Below are positions 49,431 through 59,567 of a stretch of 64,000 bases of DNA, one piece after another. A model generated the notes under the pieces. That model saw only the letters and a program-made list of their open reading frames with translations, was not told the origin of the DNA and searched no databases. Numbering within the stretch: position 1 is the first letter of the stretch; each line of letters opens with the position of its first letter. A program made the position numbers and the translations under genes. The DNA lies in IMG/VR virus record IMGVR_UViG_3300030294_000005, positions 172,185 to 236,184 of that record. The stretch is one strand, 5' to 3'.

Positions 49431-50159
49431 TTACTGAATTTCTACACTTGTATCCCCTAGAGCAATGTTATCAGATCTATATACATCATAGTCTTCAGTA
49501 TATCCATTTATATTAGTAAATGAAATAGTGCTGACTTGTGCAAAACCTCCATCAAATCCTCCAACTTTAAAAGCCACAGTACCTAATCGAGAAGGAATAC
49601 AATAATAAATATATTGATCTGATAAAGCATCAACTGTTATAGTTCTTGATTTTGTATTACTTAATTCTTTCACCAAAGAACTTATAAGAGCATTATTATA
49701 AGTTGTCGATGATGAAGTACCATAATAAATTCCATTTAAGAATTGAACAAGCATACTATGTGTCTTTGTATCTCCACCTTCATATGGGACCGCTGATAAT
49801 GTAAATGTTTTATCACTACTTATTGCTGTAGTATAATTGTAAGCTCTAAGATCTACATTAAGAGGAATGTTCTCAAATTTTTGTGAGAATGGAGTTTTAT
49901 TATATGCCCATGAAAAATTAATAGAATCTATTGTTATTCCAAGTTCTATTGTGGATGCATCAGAAGATAAACTCATAGTAAATGGATTTGACATATTATT
50001 TACTATGAGTGTTAATTCATTTAATTGTGTAAGTAATGCAGTAAATTTTTCTTCAGTTGTTTTTCCTTGTTCATCATATACATCTGAAGTTGTTGTTACA
50101 GGATGTATTTCTATCCAAGCTGTACCGTCCCAATACTTTTGTAATATAGTTTTTGCCAT
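49431..50159 (-). CDS. tail fibre-related protein (C-terminal domain paralogous to 51180..52613)
   Basis: Shared NGIYYG...YIYYCIPSRLG...VGGF.GG...YRSDN. Confidence 0.65.
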   Translation of the reverse strand: MAKTILQKYWDGTAWIEIHPVTTTSDVYDEQGKTTEEKFTALLTQLNELTLIVNNMSNPFTMSLSSDASTIELGITIDSINFSWAYNKTPFSQKFENIPLNVDLRAYNYTTAISSDKTFTLSAVPYEGGDTKTHSMLVQFLNGIYYGTSSSTTYNNALISSLVKELSNTKSRTITVDALSDQYIYYCIPSRLGTVAFKVGGFDGGFAQVSTISFTNINGYTEDYDVYRSDNIALGDTSVEIQ

Positions 50160-50187
50160 ACGGAAATCACCTCGATAAAATTATTTT

Positions 50188-50901
50188 TTATACAATCTCT
50201 TCAAACCAAACATCACCAATTTGTTGAGTAGTTGGTTCAACTGTTCCAATAGTGATATTAGTTTTTGAAGACCAACTAGCTTTTTGAATTACAGTAACAA
50301 ATTGTTTAACATCAGATTCTACAATATCTATAGCAGCATGTGTATGATCAGTTGGATCAAATTTTAATGGTTTATCAATAATATTTGCCCATTCTAATTT
50401 AACATTTGCCCAATCTGCATCGGCCATAATAACCCAAGCAGCACCATCATAAATATAAGTATCTCCAGTAACAGTTTCAAAACATCTATCAGCTTCTAAT
50501 GTTCCAGTAAGTGCTAATCTTGCAACACTATCTGCAACTACAAATACTCTAGCTTTATTACCATCTGGATATTGTGCTATTAATAATTTTCCATTAACGT
50601 CCAAAGAAGCATAGCCATTAGCAGCTCCTTTATTTGCAACATTCTCAGGAGTAAATCCAATAGCAGCAACTACAGCAGCATTAGTTATCTCAGCTTTAAT
50701 AGAATCAGTAATACCAGCTAATTTAGCTTTTTCTTCATTAGTATAATCATTAACTGAAAGACCCTTTCCAGTTACTTTATCAACTTTAGTAAGTAATAAA
50801 TCCGTAAGTCCTATTACGTTTTCTGGTTTAGTCTCTGGGAAAATAACATCATACCCACCTACACCATTTTTAATTTTTAAACGAATATTCTTATCTGACA
50901 T
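50188..50901 (-). CDS. tail fibre protein
   Basis: KVDKVTGKGLSVNDYT, GFTPENVANKGAANGYASLDVNGKL, W.NI.DKP and HTH motifs typical of Firmicute phage fibres. Confidence 0.7.
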   Translation of the reverse strand: MSDKNIRLKIKNGVGGYDVIFPETKPENVIGLTDLLLTKVDKVTGKGLSVNDYTNEEKAKLAGITDSIKAEITNAAVVAAIGFTPENVANKGAANGYASLDVNGKLLIAQYPDGNKARVFVVADSVARLALTGTLEADRCFETVTGDTYIYDGAAWVIMADADWANVKLEWANIIDKPLKFDPTDHTHAAIDIVESDVKQFVTVIQKASWSSKTNITIGTVEPTTQQIGDVWFEEIV

Positions 50902-50944
50902 AATACATTACTTCCTTTTTTTAAATTTTTTATTATAAAAATCT

Positions 50945-51163
50945 TTATAAACTTTCTATCCAGATATCACCAACATTTTGAGTAGTAGGTTCTGAATCAC
51001 TTACTATAACATTTGCACTTAGTTCTATTTTGTTACTTATTTCGTCTACTTTATCTTTTACACTTAATCCTTCTGTGCCATCATATGATACATTTTTAGC
51101 ATCCATTAATTTAAATGTCATATTATTTTTTTGAGTTATTTTTGAAATTACTGGTATAGCCAT
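50945..51163 (-). CDS. small tail fibre-associated protein
   Basis: Chimera of the 48938 N-terminus and the 50188 C-terminus (EPTTQ..GD.W). Confidence 0.65.
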   Translation of the reverse strand: MAIPVISKITQKNNMTFKLMDAKNVSYDGTEGLSVKDKVDEISNKIELSANVIVSDSEPTTQNVGDIWIESL

Positions 51164-51179
51164 TTAAACTGATACCTCC

Positions 51180-52613
51180 TTAAGCAATATTTATAGTTGT
51201 TGAACCTAATCCAGCATTATCAGATCTGTATATATCATAGCTTTCAGTAAATCCATTTGCATTTGTAAATTGAATAGTACTTACTAATCCTAATCCACCT
51301 TCAAAGCCACCAACAGTAAATGTAATAGCTCCCAATCTAGATGGAATACAATAATAGATATAATCTGTTTCACCAGCAGCGTTAACATTTATTGTTCTTC
51401 CTTTTGTATCACTTAATACTTTTGTTAAAGATTTTACAAGAGTATTATCATAACTTACTGATGAAGAAACTCCATAATAAATTCCATTAAAGAATTTAAT
51501 ACTTGCTGTTGATGTTTTAACACTACTATCTGGTGCAACAGCCGATAATGTAAATGTTTTATTAGTTGATACAGGGGTAGTATAAGTTTTAGTTCTCAAA
51601 GCATTATCTAATGTTGTTCCTTCAAATTGTTGTGATGTTGGTACACCACCAGCATAACTCCATGTAAAGATAATAGAATTAATAATAGTTCCAGCTTCAG
51701 CTATAGATACGTTTGCAACTAAACTAGCTGTAAATGGAGTAGAAGGAATACCACCTATTATTATTAATATAGATGCTATTTGAGTTCTTATATAATTCAA
51801 TTGTGAATTAAGATCAGTTATAGCTGATCCATCAGCTTTGTTACCTATAGTTGCTACCGCATTTTTATCATCTATAGTATAATCATTAGCTGAAAGACCT
51901 TTCCCAGCTACTTTATCAACCTTGTTACCTATAGTTGCTACTGCATTTTTATCTTGGGTTGCATAATCATTAGTTGAAAGACCTTTTCCAGCTACTTTAT
52001 CAACCTTATTTTCAATATTAACATCAACAGTAATACCATCTATAAGTTCTTGTAATGCTGCAATATCGGCTTGATTTGGAATAGCTATTACTCCAGTAGC
52101 TCCACCAACATATAAACGTTTTTCATCATTAACTACTGCAGGCTCACCTACTGCTAATGTAGGAAGATCAGCTTTTGCCCCTCTTCTAAATTTAATAGTA
52201 GCACCTGTTTTATCAGTAAATACTTTACCATCAACTAATGTTACTGTACCTCCACCACCACCACCATTATTAGCAATGTATGTTTTGATAGCATTACCAG
52301 TTACAAGACCTGGAGAATCCTTAGCATCCAATATACCTGATATAAATGGAAAAGAATCTGGTTTACCATTATATGGATCTGGAATAGGATCTTCTCCTGT
52401 AGTATTATCTTTTTTATAATTAGATAGAGTTAATTTTAGTCTTTTATCAGCACTTAATATTTCTAATACCGTAGCCTTTTCTAATATACAAGAAAGTATA
52501 TCTTCTAGAGATAGTCTTATTGAAAATACAGAACTATATATAGGCTTTGATAAATTTCTTAACTGCTTATCAGTTATTACATCTACATTTTTATAAATAA
52601 TAACAGCACTCAT
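51180..52613 (-). CDS. tail fibre protein (Mtd/hyaluronidase-like N-terminal motif, KVDK repeats)
   Basis: IKFRRGAKADLPTLAVGEPA, two KVDKVAGKGLS.NDY repeats; AACA-N6-TA at 52639-52650 (-). Confidence 0.7.
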   Translation of the reverse strand: MSAVIIYKNVDVITDKQLRNLSKPIYSSVFSIRLSLEDILSCILEKATVLEILSADKRLKLTLSNYKKDNTTGEDPIPDPYNGKPDSFPFISGILDAKDSPGLVTGNAIKTYIANNGGGGGGTVTLVDGKVFTDKTGATIKFRRGAKADLPTLAVGEPAVVNDEKRLYVGGATGVIAIPNQADIAALQELIDGITVDVNIENKVDKVAGKGLSTNDYATQDKNAVATIGNKVDKVAGKGLSANDYTIDDKNAVATIGNKADGSAITDLNSQLNYIRTQIASILIIIGGIPSTPFTASLVANVSIAEAGTIINSIIFTWSYAGGVPTSQQFEGTTLDNALRTKTYTTPVSTNKTFTLSAVAPDSSVKTSTASIKFFNGIYYGVSSSVSYDNTLVKSLTKVLSDTKGRTINVNAAGETDYIYYCIPSRLGAITFTVGGFEGGLGLVSTIQFTNANGFTESYDIYRSDNAGLGSTTINIA

Positions 52614-52711
52614 TAATATTACACCTCCTATTTGTTTTTATATATTTGTTAAAACATATTTGACAAAAAGGCAAAATAACTGTAGAGTTAACTACAGTTA
52701 TTTATTTTAAA

Positions 52712-55042
52712 TTAGCATTTATTCCATCCACAATTATAGCATTGAATACATCCAGATACATGGTCTAGTTTTGTTCCACATTCAGGACATATATTTTTTT
52801 GTAAAGCTTCAGTCATAGATAACTTCTTTTCTTTTATTTTATTTTTTTCTTCATCTGTTTTTTTATGCTTTATTATAATATCAGAATCAGAACCTTTATT
52901 TTTCATTTCCATTTCTAATATTCTAGCCATAGCATCTGGACATGAAAGTCCATCTAATTCTTTTCCATTATGTTGACAAGCAGCACATGTTATTCCTTTC
53001 AATTGATCTACAGCATCTTCTACAGAAACTCCTCTTCTAAAAGCTAATGAAGTCATTCTACTTAATGCCTCAACATTAGCTTTACATAATCCATTTTTTA
53101 TATTTACAAATGTTTCAACTACTTGATTATTATCTGGATTTTTATTTAAAGTCATATAGAATGTACCACATCCTGATCTAGCAGAATAAGTATTACCTGA
53201 TAATCTTCTTCCAAAATCTTTTCTAGATTTTTTAATAAACTTTTCTTTTTCAACTTTAGGTTCTTCCAATGAAGTAGTTAATGTTTGACCTTCTCTACAT
53301 CCATCTCTATATACAGTTAATCCTTTACATCCTGTTTTCCAACCTAGTTCTATTATAGAAGATATCTCTTTTACAGTTGCAGAATTAGCAAAGTTTATAG
53401 TTTTGCTTATTGATAAATCAACATATTTTTGAAATTCAGCAACTACATACACATGATCTTCTGGAGATATATCATGTGCTGTAACAAATAGATCCTGCAT
53501 ATCTAACGGTATCTCATCAATACCAACACATGAACCATGATTATCTGCAACTTTCTTTAATATTTGATCATTGAATAATCCTCTATTTCTTAATTCACGT
53601 TCAAATATTGAATTTGTATAGAAGTATATATTTCCATTATTAGTTTTTCTATAATATGCTAAAGCAAATTCAGGTTCTATCCCACCAGATACTCCAGCTA
53701 AAGCTGATAATGTACCATTTGGGGCTATAGATATTAGATTAGAGTTTCTTATTTTTATGCCTTTCTTAGCCCAGACACTACCTTCCCATTTAGGATATAC
53801 ACCTCTAGTTATAGCAAGTTCAACAGATGATTCAACACTATTAGATTCTATTCCTTTCATTAATTGATCTATGAAAGCAATACATTCTGGATTATTTCCA
53901 TATCTTATACCCAAATTATATAATGCAGATCCAAATCCCATAACCCCTAATCCTATAGGTCTCAAATCTTCTGTCATTTGTTGTATTTCTGCTAATGGTA
54001 ATTTATTTGTAGCTACCATATCATCAAGCCATCTTATAGCATTTTTTGTATATTTAAAGAATTCTTCAAATTTAAACATATGATTATCATCAATAAATTC
54101 AACCATATTTATACTTGCTAAATTACAACTTGTCCAAGGAATATTAGAAAATTCATTACATGGATTAGTAAATACCCTTCTTCCTATATGAGGGTTTTTA
54201 TTAGCTCTATCCATAGTATCTTGATAATTAAATCCTGGATCACCTATCTTCCAAGCAGCCTCATCTATAAATTTCTTTAAATCTCTAGCTCTAACTGTTT
54301 CATATACTTTTATAGGATATCCTTTGCCTTTCCAAGCGTCTAAATCTCCATCCCATTCAGCATCATATATTACTTTATCCATATGCTCATAATCAGGAAA
54401 TACTAAATCCCATGGTTCATCATTCTCTACTTTTTTCATAAATTCATCAGACAATGATACTGATATATTCATTAATGTAAATTCAGTAGGTAAAGCGTTA
54501 ACCTTTAAATTTATAAAATCTTTTATATTTGGATGCCACATATCCATATTTATTTTTATAGCACCACGTTTTGAATAGTTTGCAATAGTCATTGCAGATG
54601 CTGCTTCATTATATACTCTCATAAAGTATGTTGGTCCACAACTATATCCATTACTCTTCTCAACTCTTGCACTCTTTGGTCTTAATACTGATATATTAGC
54701 AACGCCGACTCCACCACTTTTTTGAAATATCTTTGCCATTTTTGCTACAGCTCCAAATACACTCTCTATATTATCTCTAATATCAATTATAAAACATGAA
54801 CTATATTGACCTGGATCTTCTGGATTTGCATTTATTAAACAAGGTGAACTAAATATAAATTTCATATTTATCATTGCATCATAAATTTCTTTTTGAGCAA
54901 TTATAGCATCTTCTTTAGTTAATTCTCCTTGTGATATCGTTTTAGAAACTCTATCTGCAATATCTTCCCACGTTGTTTCCCCATCTCTAAAATATCTTTT
55001 CTCTTCTAATATTTTTAGTCCATTTTCAGTTATCTGTCCCAT
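52712..55042 (-). CDS. nrdJ: Class II (adenosylcobalamin-dependent) ribonucleotide reductase
   Basis: FSSPCL, SSCF, SGGVG, TNPCNEF, CNLASIN, RPIGLG, IAPNGT, YRDG; C-terminal SCPD domain and Zn ribbon; no beta subunit gene nearby. Confidence 0.9.
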   Translation of the reverse strand: MGQITENGLKILEEKRYFRDGETTWEDIADRVSKTISQGELTKEDAIIAQKEIYDAMINMKFIFSSPCLINANPEDPGQYSSCFIIDIRDNIESVFGAVAKMAKIFQKSGGVGVANISVLRPKSARVEKSNGYSCGPTYFMRVYNEAASAMTIANYSKRGAIKINMDMWHPNIKDFINLKVNALPTEFTLMNISVSLSDEFMKKVENDEPWDLVFPDYEHMDKVIYDAEWDGDLDAWKGKGYPIKVYETVRARDLKKFIDEAAWKIGDPGFNYQDTMDRANKNPHIGRRVFTNPCNEFSNIPWTSCNLASINMVEFIDDNHMFKFEEFFKYTKNAIRWLDDMVATNKLPLAEIQQMTEDLRPIGLGVMGFGSALYNLGIRYGNNPECIAFIDQLMKGIESNSVESSVELAITRGVYPKWEGSVWAKKGIKIRNSNLISIAPNGTLSALAGVSGGIEPEFALAYYRKTNNGNIYFYTNSIFERELRNRGLFNDQILKKVADNHGSCVGIDEIPLDMQDLFVTAHDISPEDHVYVVAEFQKYVDLSISKTINFANSATVKEISSIIELGWKTGCKGLTVYRDGCREGQTLTTSLEEPKVEKEKFIKKSRKDFGRRLSGNTYSARSGCGTFYMTLNKNPDNNQVVETFVNIKNGLCKANVEALSRMTSLAFRRGVSVEDAVDQLKGITCAACQHNGKELDGLSCPDAMARILEMEMKNKGSDSDIIIKHKKTDEEKNKIKEKKLSMTEALQKNICPECGTKLDHVSGCIQCYNCGWNKC

Positions 55043-55074
55043 ATATAAATCTCCTTTGTTGGTAAATTTTTCTT

Positions 55075-55086
55075 TATCTATAAGTT
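55075..55086 (-). promoter_or_regulatory. AACT-N6-TA promoter variant upstream of nrdJ
   Basis: Minus strand AACTtatagaTA. Confidence 0.5.
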
Positions 55087-55136
55087 ATAATATTTTTATT
55101 TAACTAGCATATTTATAAAAAATAAAACTAGTGCAG

Positions 55137-55340
55137 TTATACACTAGTTTCTTTTGATAATAGGAGCAGGAGTTCATCTTGCTTCTTTTCTAATATAATT
55201 TCTGCTTCTTTACAAGACTTTACTATATTATCAACTGTATCATTTTGTTTTAAATCTCGCTTATATATCTCACTTGATAATCTTGATTGTGCCATTAATT
55301 CTATAGTTTTATCCATTATATCATTACTTTGTTTACTCAT
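55137..55340 (-). CDS. small hypothetical (putative early) protein
   Basis: GGGGG RBS; AATTATATATTAT at 55368-55380 (-). Confidence 0.6.
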   Translation of the reverse strand: MSKQSNDIMDKTIELMAQSRLSSEIYKRDLKQNDTVDNIVKSCKEAEIILEKKQDELLLLLSKETSV

Positions 55341-55394
55341 TTTAATACCCCCTAATTATATATATCTATAATATATAATTATTAAAATATCAAA

Positions 55395-55955
55395 TTACAA
55401 AATAATTTGATCATTAAAATATTTATTAGATAAGACTTCTACAGGAATAAATATTATTCTAAATGGAATATCTATACCTAATATGTAATCAGTTCTATCT
55501 TGTAATGAATTGAAAATTTTAATGTATATATCTTCTTTAAGATTAAAATCTTTTATAAAAGATTCTTTCTGTATTTTTTCTTTATTTAAATTATAATAAA
55601 GAGTTTTTGTAGATATTATTAGTGCACTTTTTAGTTCAAAATCCTCTAGCTTTTTTATAGTTTCTAATCTTACTTTTTTGCCATACTCTTCATCAACATA
55701 TTTTATACAAGCCATTTTATAATAATCTTCTTCAGCAATTGATACCATATCATCAATCAAACCTTCTAACAGCAATTTATAAAATACTATAGGAGTATGG
55801 ACATAAATCTCTGCAACATTAACGCCATTAAAAGATATAACCTTATACTCTTTTTCAATTTCTTCATTAATACCATAACTATGATTTATTTCTTTAATCC
55901 GCTGTCCTAACCCTTCTATTTTTACATACTGTTCAATTTCCATCATATTAATCAA
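55395..55955 (-). CDS. hypothetical (putative early) protein
   Basis: AAGGAG RBS; GATTATATATTAT at 55991-56003 (-). Confidence 0.65.
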   Translation of the reverse strand: MINMMEIEQYVKIEGLGQRIKEINHSYGINEEIEKEYKVISFNGVNVAEIYVHTPIVFYKLLLEGLIDDMVSIAEEDYYKMACIKYVDEEYGKKVRLETIKKLEDFELKSALIISTKTLYYNLNKEKIQKESFIKDFNLKEDIYIKIFNSLQDRTDYILGIDIPFRIIFIPVEVLSNKYFNDQIIL

Positions 55956-56074
55956 TCTCCTTTATAATAATATATTTTATTTACATTATTATAATATATA
56001 ATCATTATATTTATTAATTATAAAAAATAAAAAATCAGAGTAATAGCAATTAGCTATTACTCTATTAATTTGTT

Positions 56075-56488
56075 TTACTTTCTAAAGAAAGCTACAGGTA
56101 GTTTTTGTTTTAAATAAGCCTTCTGGCCTAACTTAGCAGCTTGAGTTGCTTTCATACTATACTTAGCAGTTATCTTTTCTAATAGTTCTCTTTCTTTAAT
56201 TCTATTCTTAGTTAATTGAGTGAATAGAATATCATCACTATCTTTAGCTAACTGTAATGCAGCCATTTTCAATCTTCTTGATAAATCATCCTCTTTGGAT
56301 AATCTTACAAGAGTCTTTCTAGAAATGATTCCACCCTCTTCTAAAGCTACAGCTTCTTGAGATTCTAAGAATTCTTTCTTTCTTTCATCTGGAAGTCTTG
56401 AAAGTTCATCATATATATAGCTTTCTGTTAATTCATTTGGATTCTTTAAATCATTCGTCATTGATCCAGTAGCACCGAAAATATTCAT
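56075..56488 (-). CDS. hypothetical late protein (possibly virion-internal)
   Basis: Strong RBS, own AACA-N6-TA (56519-56530) and terminator (about 56037-56063). Confidence 0.7.
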   Translation of the reverse strand: MNIFGATGSMTNDLKNPNELTESYIYDELSRLPDERKKEFLESQEAVALEEGGIISRKTLVRLSKEDDLSRRLKMAALQLAKDSDDILFTQLTKNRIKERELLEKITAKYSMKATQAAKLGQKAYLKQKLPVAFFRK

Positions 56489-56558
56489 ATTAATATTCCT
56501 CCTTAAATTTTAGTATATTAATATGATGTTATTTTATATAAAGAAAAATACATTTATA

Positions 56559-56954
56559 TTATTCTTTTTTATCAAACGATATTACTTTAAGCTTCATTTC
56601 CTCAATACCTTTTTCTATCATAGTATCAAAATTAATAAATTTTACATCTTTATTTGATATTAGAAATGCACTAGCATCTAAAGAGTTTAATTTTTCACTA
56701 CCTATTTCTTTTACTACTAAGATTTCATCATCTAATAAAAGTTTTTGAATACTAGTTATAACTTTAAGATCATCATCATCAGATTGTAAATCTATTATTC
56801 CATCACAAGAAAACATAGCTTTTGAACTATCATCAATATCTCTTCCAAATATAATAATATTACTAGACGGTATAGATTCTACAAGTTCTATATATGCATC
56901 TATATCTTTAACACCTACAGAATTTGATAAAGTTTTTCCATAATAATCAGCCAT
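56559..56954 (-). CDS. hypothetical protein
   Basis: AAGGAG RBS; C-terminal KVISF. Confidence 0.65.
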   Translation of the reverse strand: MADYYGKTLSNSVGVKDIDAYIELVESIPSSNIIIFGRDIDDSSKAMFSCDGIIDLQSDDDDLKVITSIQKLLLDDEILVVKEIGSEKLNSLDASAFLISNKDVKFINFDTMIEKGIEEMKLKVISFDKKE

Positions 56955-56978
56955 TTAAATCACTACTCCTTAAAATTT

Positions 56979-57731
56979 TTATTTAAATTTAATTGTTCCA
57001 TCTTCATATTGTACACAATAATCAGCAGTTAATACTTGTTTCCATTTCTCTTTGCTATTCTTTAATTTATTAAATTCAAATACATATACATTATCTGCTG
57101 CCCATTCACATAAATCATCTAAAGTTAAAAATACTGAAGATATAGGCTGCTCTAATTCCCATAATTGATAACCATCTCCTATTGGCGGATCATATTGTTT
57201 ACATTCATCATATAATTTTCTAATTTCATCAGAATACCACGCTTCACCTTCTCCATCACAATAAGAGCATATTCCAAATACTCCAAGTCTCATTGCCCTA
57301 GTTTTTACACAAATTATTCTATTAGTCGTGTCATGTCCAAATCCTATTTTTGCCCAAACATTAACTTCATTTGCAGTTGGTATATAACCATTATTAAAAG
57401 GTAACCAAGAATTTCCACCTTCTTTAATTTTTTGTTTTATAATTTCTTTTTGTTCATTATTTATTGCAACTCTAGTAAAATCCCATAATCTATTTGCATT
57501 TAATAATGCTTGAACTTCGTCTTGTTCTAAATTATATTGCCATCCTTCTATAATCTTACCATTATCAGAATAGGTATACCACTCTTTATTTAATTTCATA
57601 GTTGCTTCATTAAATCCTGATCCATTACACGCTTTACATTCTATACTTTTATATGGATTTATATAACCTTTCCAAGTTTGGTTTAATGGATATTTAAAAT
57701 CCATTGGAACTCTTTTTAATGATTTTCCCAT
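56979..57731 (-). CDS. hypothetical protein with split DnaJ-type Zn finger
   Basis: CKACNGSG ... CSYCDGEG; AATTATATATTAT at 57769-57781 (-). Confidence 0.65.
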   Translation of the reverse strand: MGKSLKRVPMDFKYPLNQTWKGYINPYKSIECKACNGSGFNEATMKLNKEWYTYSDNGKIIEGWQYNLEQDEVQALLNANRLWDFTRVAINNEQKEIIKQKIKEGGNSWLPFNNGYIPTANEVNVWAKIGFGHDTTNRIICVKTRAMRLGVFGICSYCDGEGEAWYSDEIRKLYDECKQYDPPIGDGYQLWELEQPISSVFLTLDDLCEWAADNVYVFEFNKLKNSKEKWKQVLTADYCVQYEDGTIKFK

Positions 57732-57845
57732 TTATATTTCCTCCTTTATTTTTATTTTATTCATTTCTATAATATATAATTAAAATAGATATTAGTAAAA
57801 AAATATATAATTCACAACATTAAAATAAAGAAAAGTATTAGGAGT

Positions 57846-58274
57846 GTGTTATATATGAAGAATATGGAAGATTTAGAGATTGTTAAAAGGTATAAAGATA
57901 CTGCTACTAGAATGATACATTTATCTTTTCCAACATTATCTAGTGTAGAATTGAATGATGCTATCAACTATTCTATTTTAAAAAGATGTAAAAACTCAGA
58001 AGCTATTATAGAGAATAATTATCAAAATAAAAATATAAATACTACAGTATTAGAAATGGCAGAATACATACTTACTAGAGAACCAATAATTACAGCATTT
58101 GGAGTTTTATTTAAGAAGCATGGAACAGTGCCTAACCCTCTAGCAAAGATGATTCAATCATTTATGGATGGTAGAGGAATTCATAAAAATGAGATGTTTA
58201 AATATCCAAAAGGATCAGAAGAGTTTGAAAAATATAATTTATTACAATTACTAGATAAATTAGATGCTAACGCT
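57846..58274 (+). CDS. Split family-B DNA polymerase part 2, exon 1
   Basis: Ends [10 protein letters not shown], the first half of motif B (K...N..YG); AACA-N6-TA at 57816-57827. Confidence 0.85.
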
Positions 58275-59567
58275 TAAATATGAGGTGCGTTATACAGTAA
58301 TGTATAATTGAAAACTCTGTGAACTGCTGGGAGTCCCTAAGAGCTTAATATACTACAACGTGATCTGTAAAGATGAGCGTGAATGTGGTCGAAAGACAGA
58401 AAGAAATATTAAGATAAGGTATGGTGAGAATCCTAACTCTTATAAACAATGGGTAATCATAGCAGCCAAGCTGCCAATTATAATAAAAGATGATATATCA
58501 CTAACTTTATATTTATTAAGAGGTGATATTAATGAAAATTATTAGTTTTTTAAATAAAGAAGACGAAATGCCTATATATTGGTATAAATTAAACTGTGAT
58601 AATATTAAGGATAATTTATATGAAATATCAGAAACATCTGAAATTAGATCTGCTAAAACAAAGAAAATATTAAAACAAAGAAATCATAAATCTAGAAGTA
58701 GTAGTTATAAAGACATAGCATTAAGTACAAATATTATTAAAGGTAAAAGTTTTTTAGTTCATAGATTAGTAGCTAAAACTTTCATTCCTAATCCATACAA
58801 TAAACCTGAAGTAAATCATAAAAATTATGATACAAAGAAAAACTATTGTGATAATTTAGAATGGATGACACATAAAGAAAATGTAGAATATTCTAAAAAT
58901 AATATAAAAAGAGGAGAAGATAATATAAATTCATCTTTAACAAATGATCAGGTTTATAAAATATGTAATATGCTACAAGAAAATAAATCTTATAGTGAAA
59001 TATTATTTAATATAGGAATGGAAGATAGTGATAATAATAGAGATACTGTAGGTAATATTAAACGAGGTATAACTTATAAAAATATATCTAAACAATTTAA
59101 CTTATCTAATGCTAATGCAAAATCTTCTAAATATGATATAAATACAATTAGAGATATATGTAGATATATATTTAATGGATATGACTATATAAAAATAGCA
59201 GAATTAATAAATGAGGATATTTCAGATATAAATAAAAAGAAATCATTTTATGAATTTATTCGTCTTATTAAAAATAGAAAAAATTATAAAGATATATCAT
59301 CTGAATATAATTGGTAGAAGGTTCAACGACTATCGAAAGCTATAAATCCATAAGAACTATTAATTTAGCAGGGTTGAAAATAAGGTATAGTAATGTATAC
59401 ACGAAGTGAGTAGAGTACACTAGAAGTCTAGTGGAAGTGCAGAGCGTCCTAGTAAAATAGGATGAAGATATAGTCTCTTCTTCGTATGAAAGTACGAGCA
59501 TTCTAAATAAATGATATATAGTGAGAGTATAATATTCATTATACAACGACTATATAGTAAGATTAAG
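58275..59567 (+). mobile_element. Group I self-splicing intron in DNA polymerase motif B
   Basis: 5' exon ends in U and pairs aacgcu/ggugcguu (P1); core elements gaactgctggga, gttcaacgacta (59321) and gaagatatagtct (59464); terminal G at 59567; splicing restores KLDANA|LYGSIG in frame. Confidence 0.9.
58532..59317 (+). CDS. Intron-encoded HNH homing endonuclease (NUMOD4/HNH type)
   Basis: YEISETSEIRS, VHRLVAKTFIPNP, VNHKN..KKN...NLEWMT..EN; GAGGTG RBS. Confidence 0.9.
   Translation: MKIISFLNKEDEMPIYWYKLNCDNIKDNLYEISETSEIRSAKTKKILKQRNHKSRSSSYKDIALSTNIIKGKSFLVHRLVAKTFIPNPYNKPEVNHKNYDTKKNYCDNLEWMTHKENVEYSKNNIKRGEDNINSSLTNDQVYKICNMLQENKSYSEILFNIGMEDSDNNRDTVGNIKRGITYKNISKQFNLSNANAKSSKYDINTIRDICRYIFNGYDYIKIAELINEDISDINKKKSFYEFIRLIKNRKNYKDISSEYNW

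Noticed and set aside
39232-52613. Diversity-generating retroelement acting on fibre/RCC1 repeats
   Set aside because: No reverse transcriptase in the window, and differences between repeats are not adenine-specific.
41305-55042. Inteins in terminase or NrdJ
   Set aside because: No C...HN splice motifs or unexplained large insertions.
58360-59567. ORFs 58360-58545 and 59340-59546, and the first 19 codons of 59511-61241
   Set aside because: They lie inside the group I intron structure; the true exon 2 starts at 59568.
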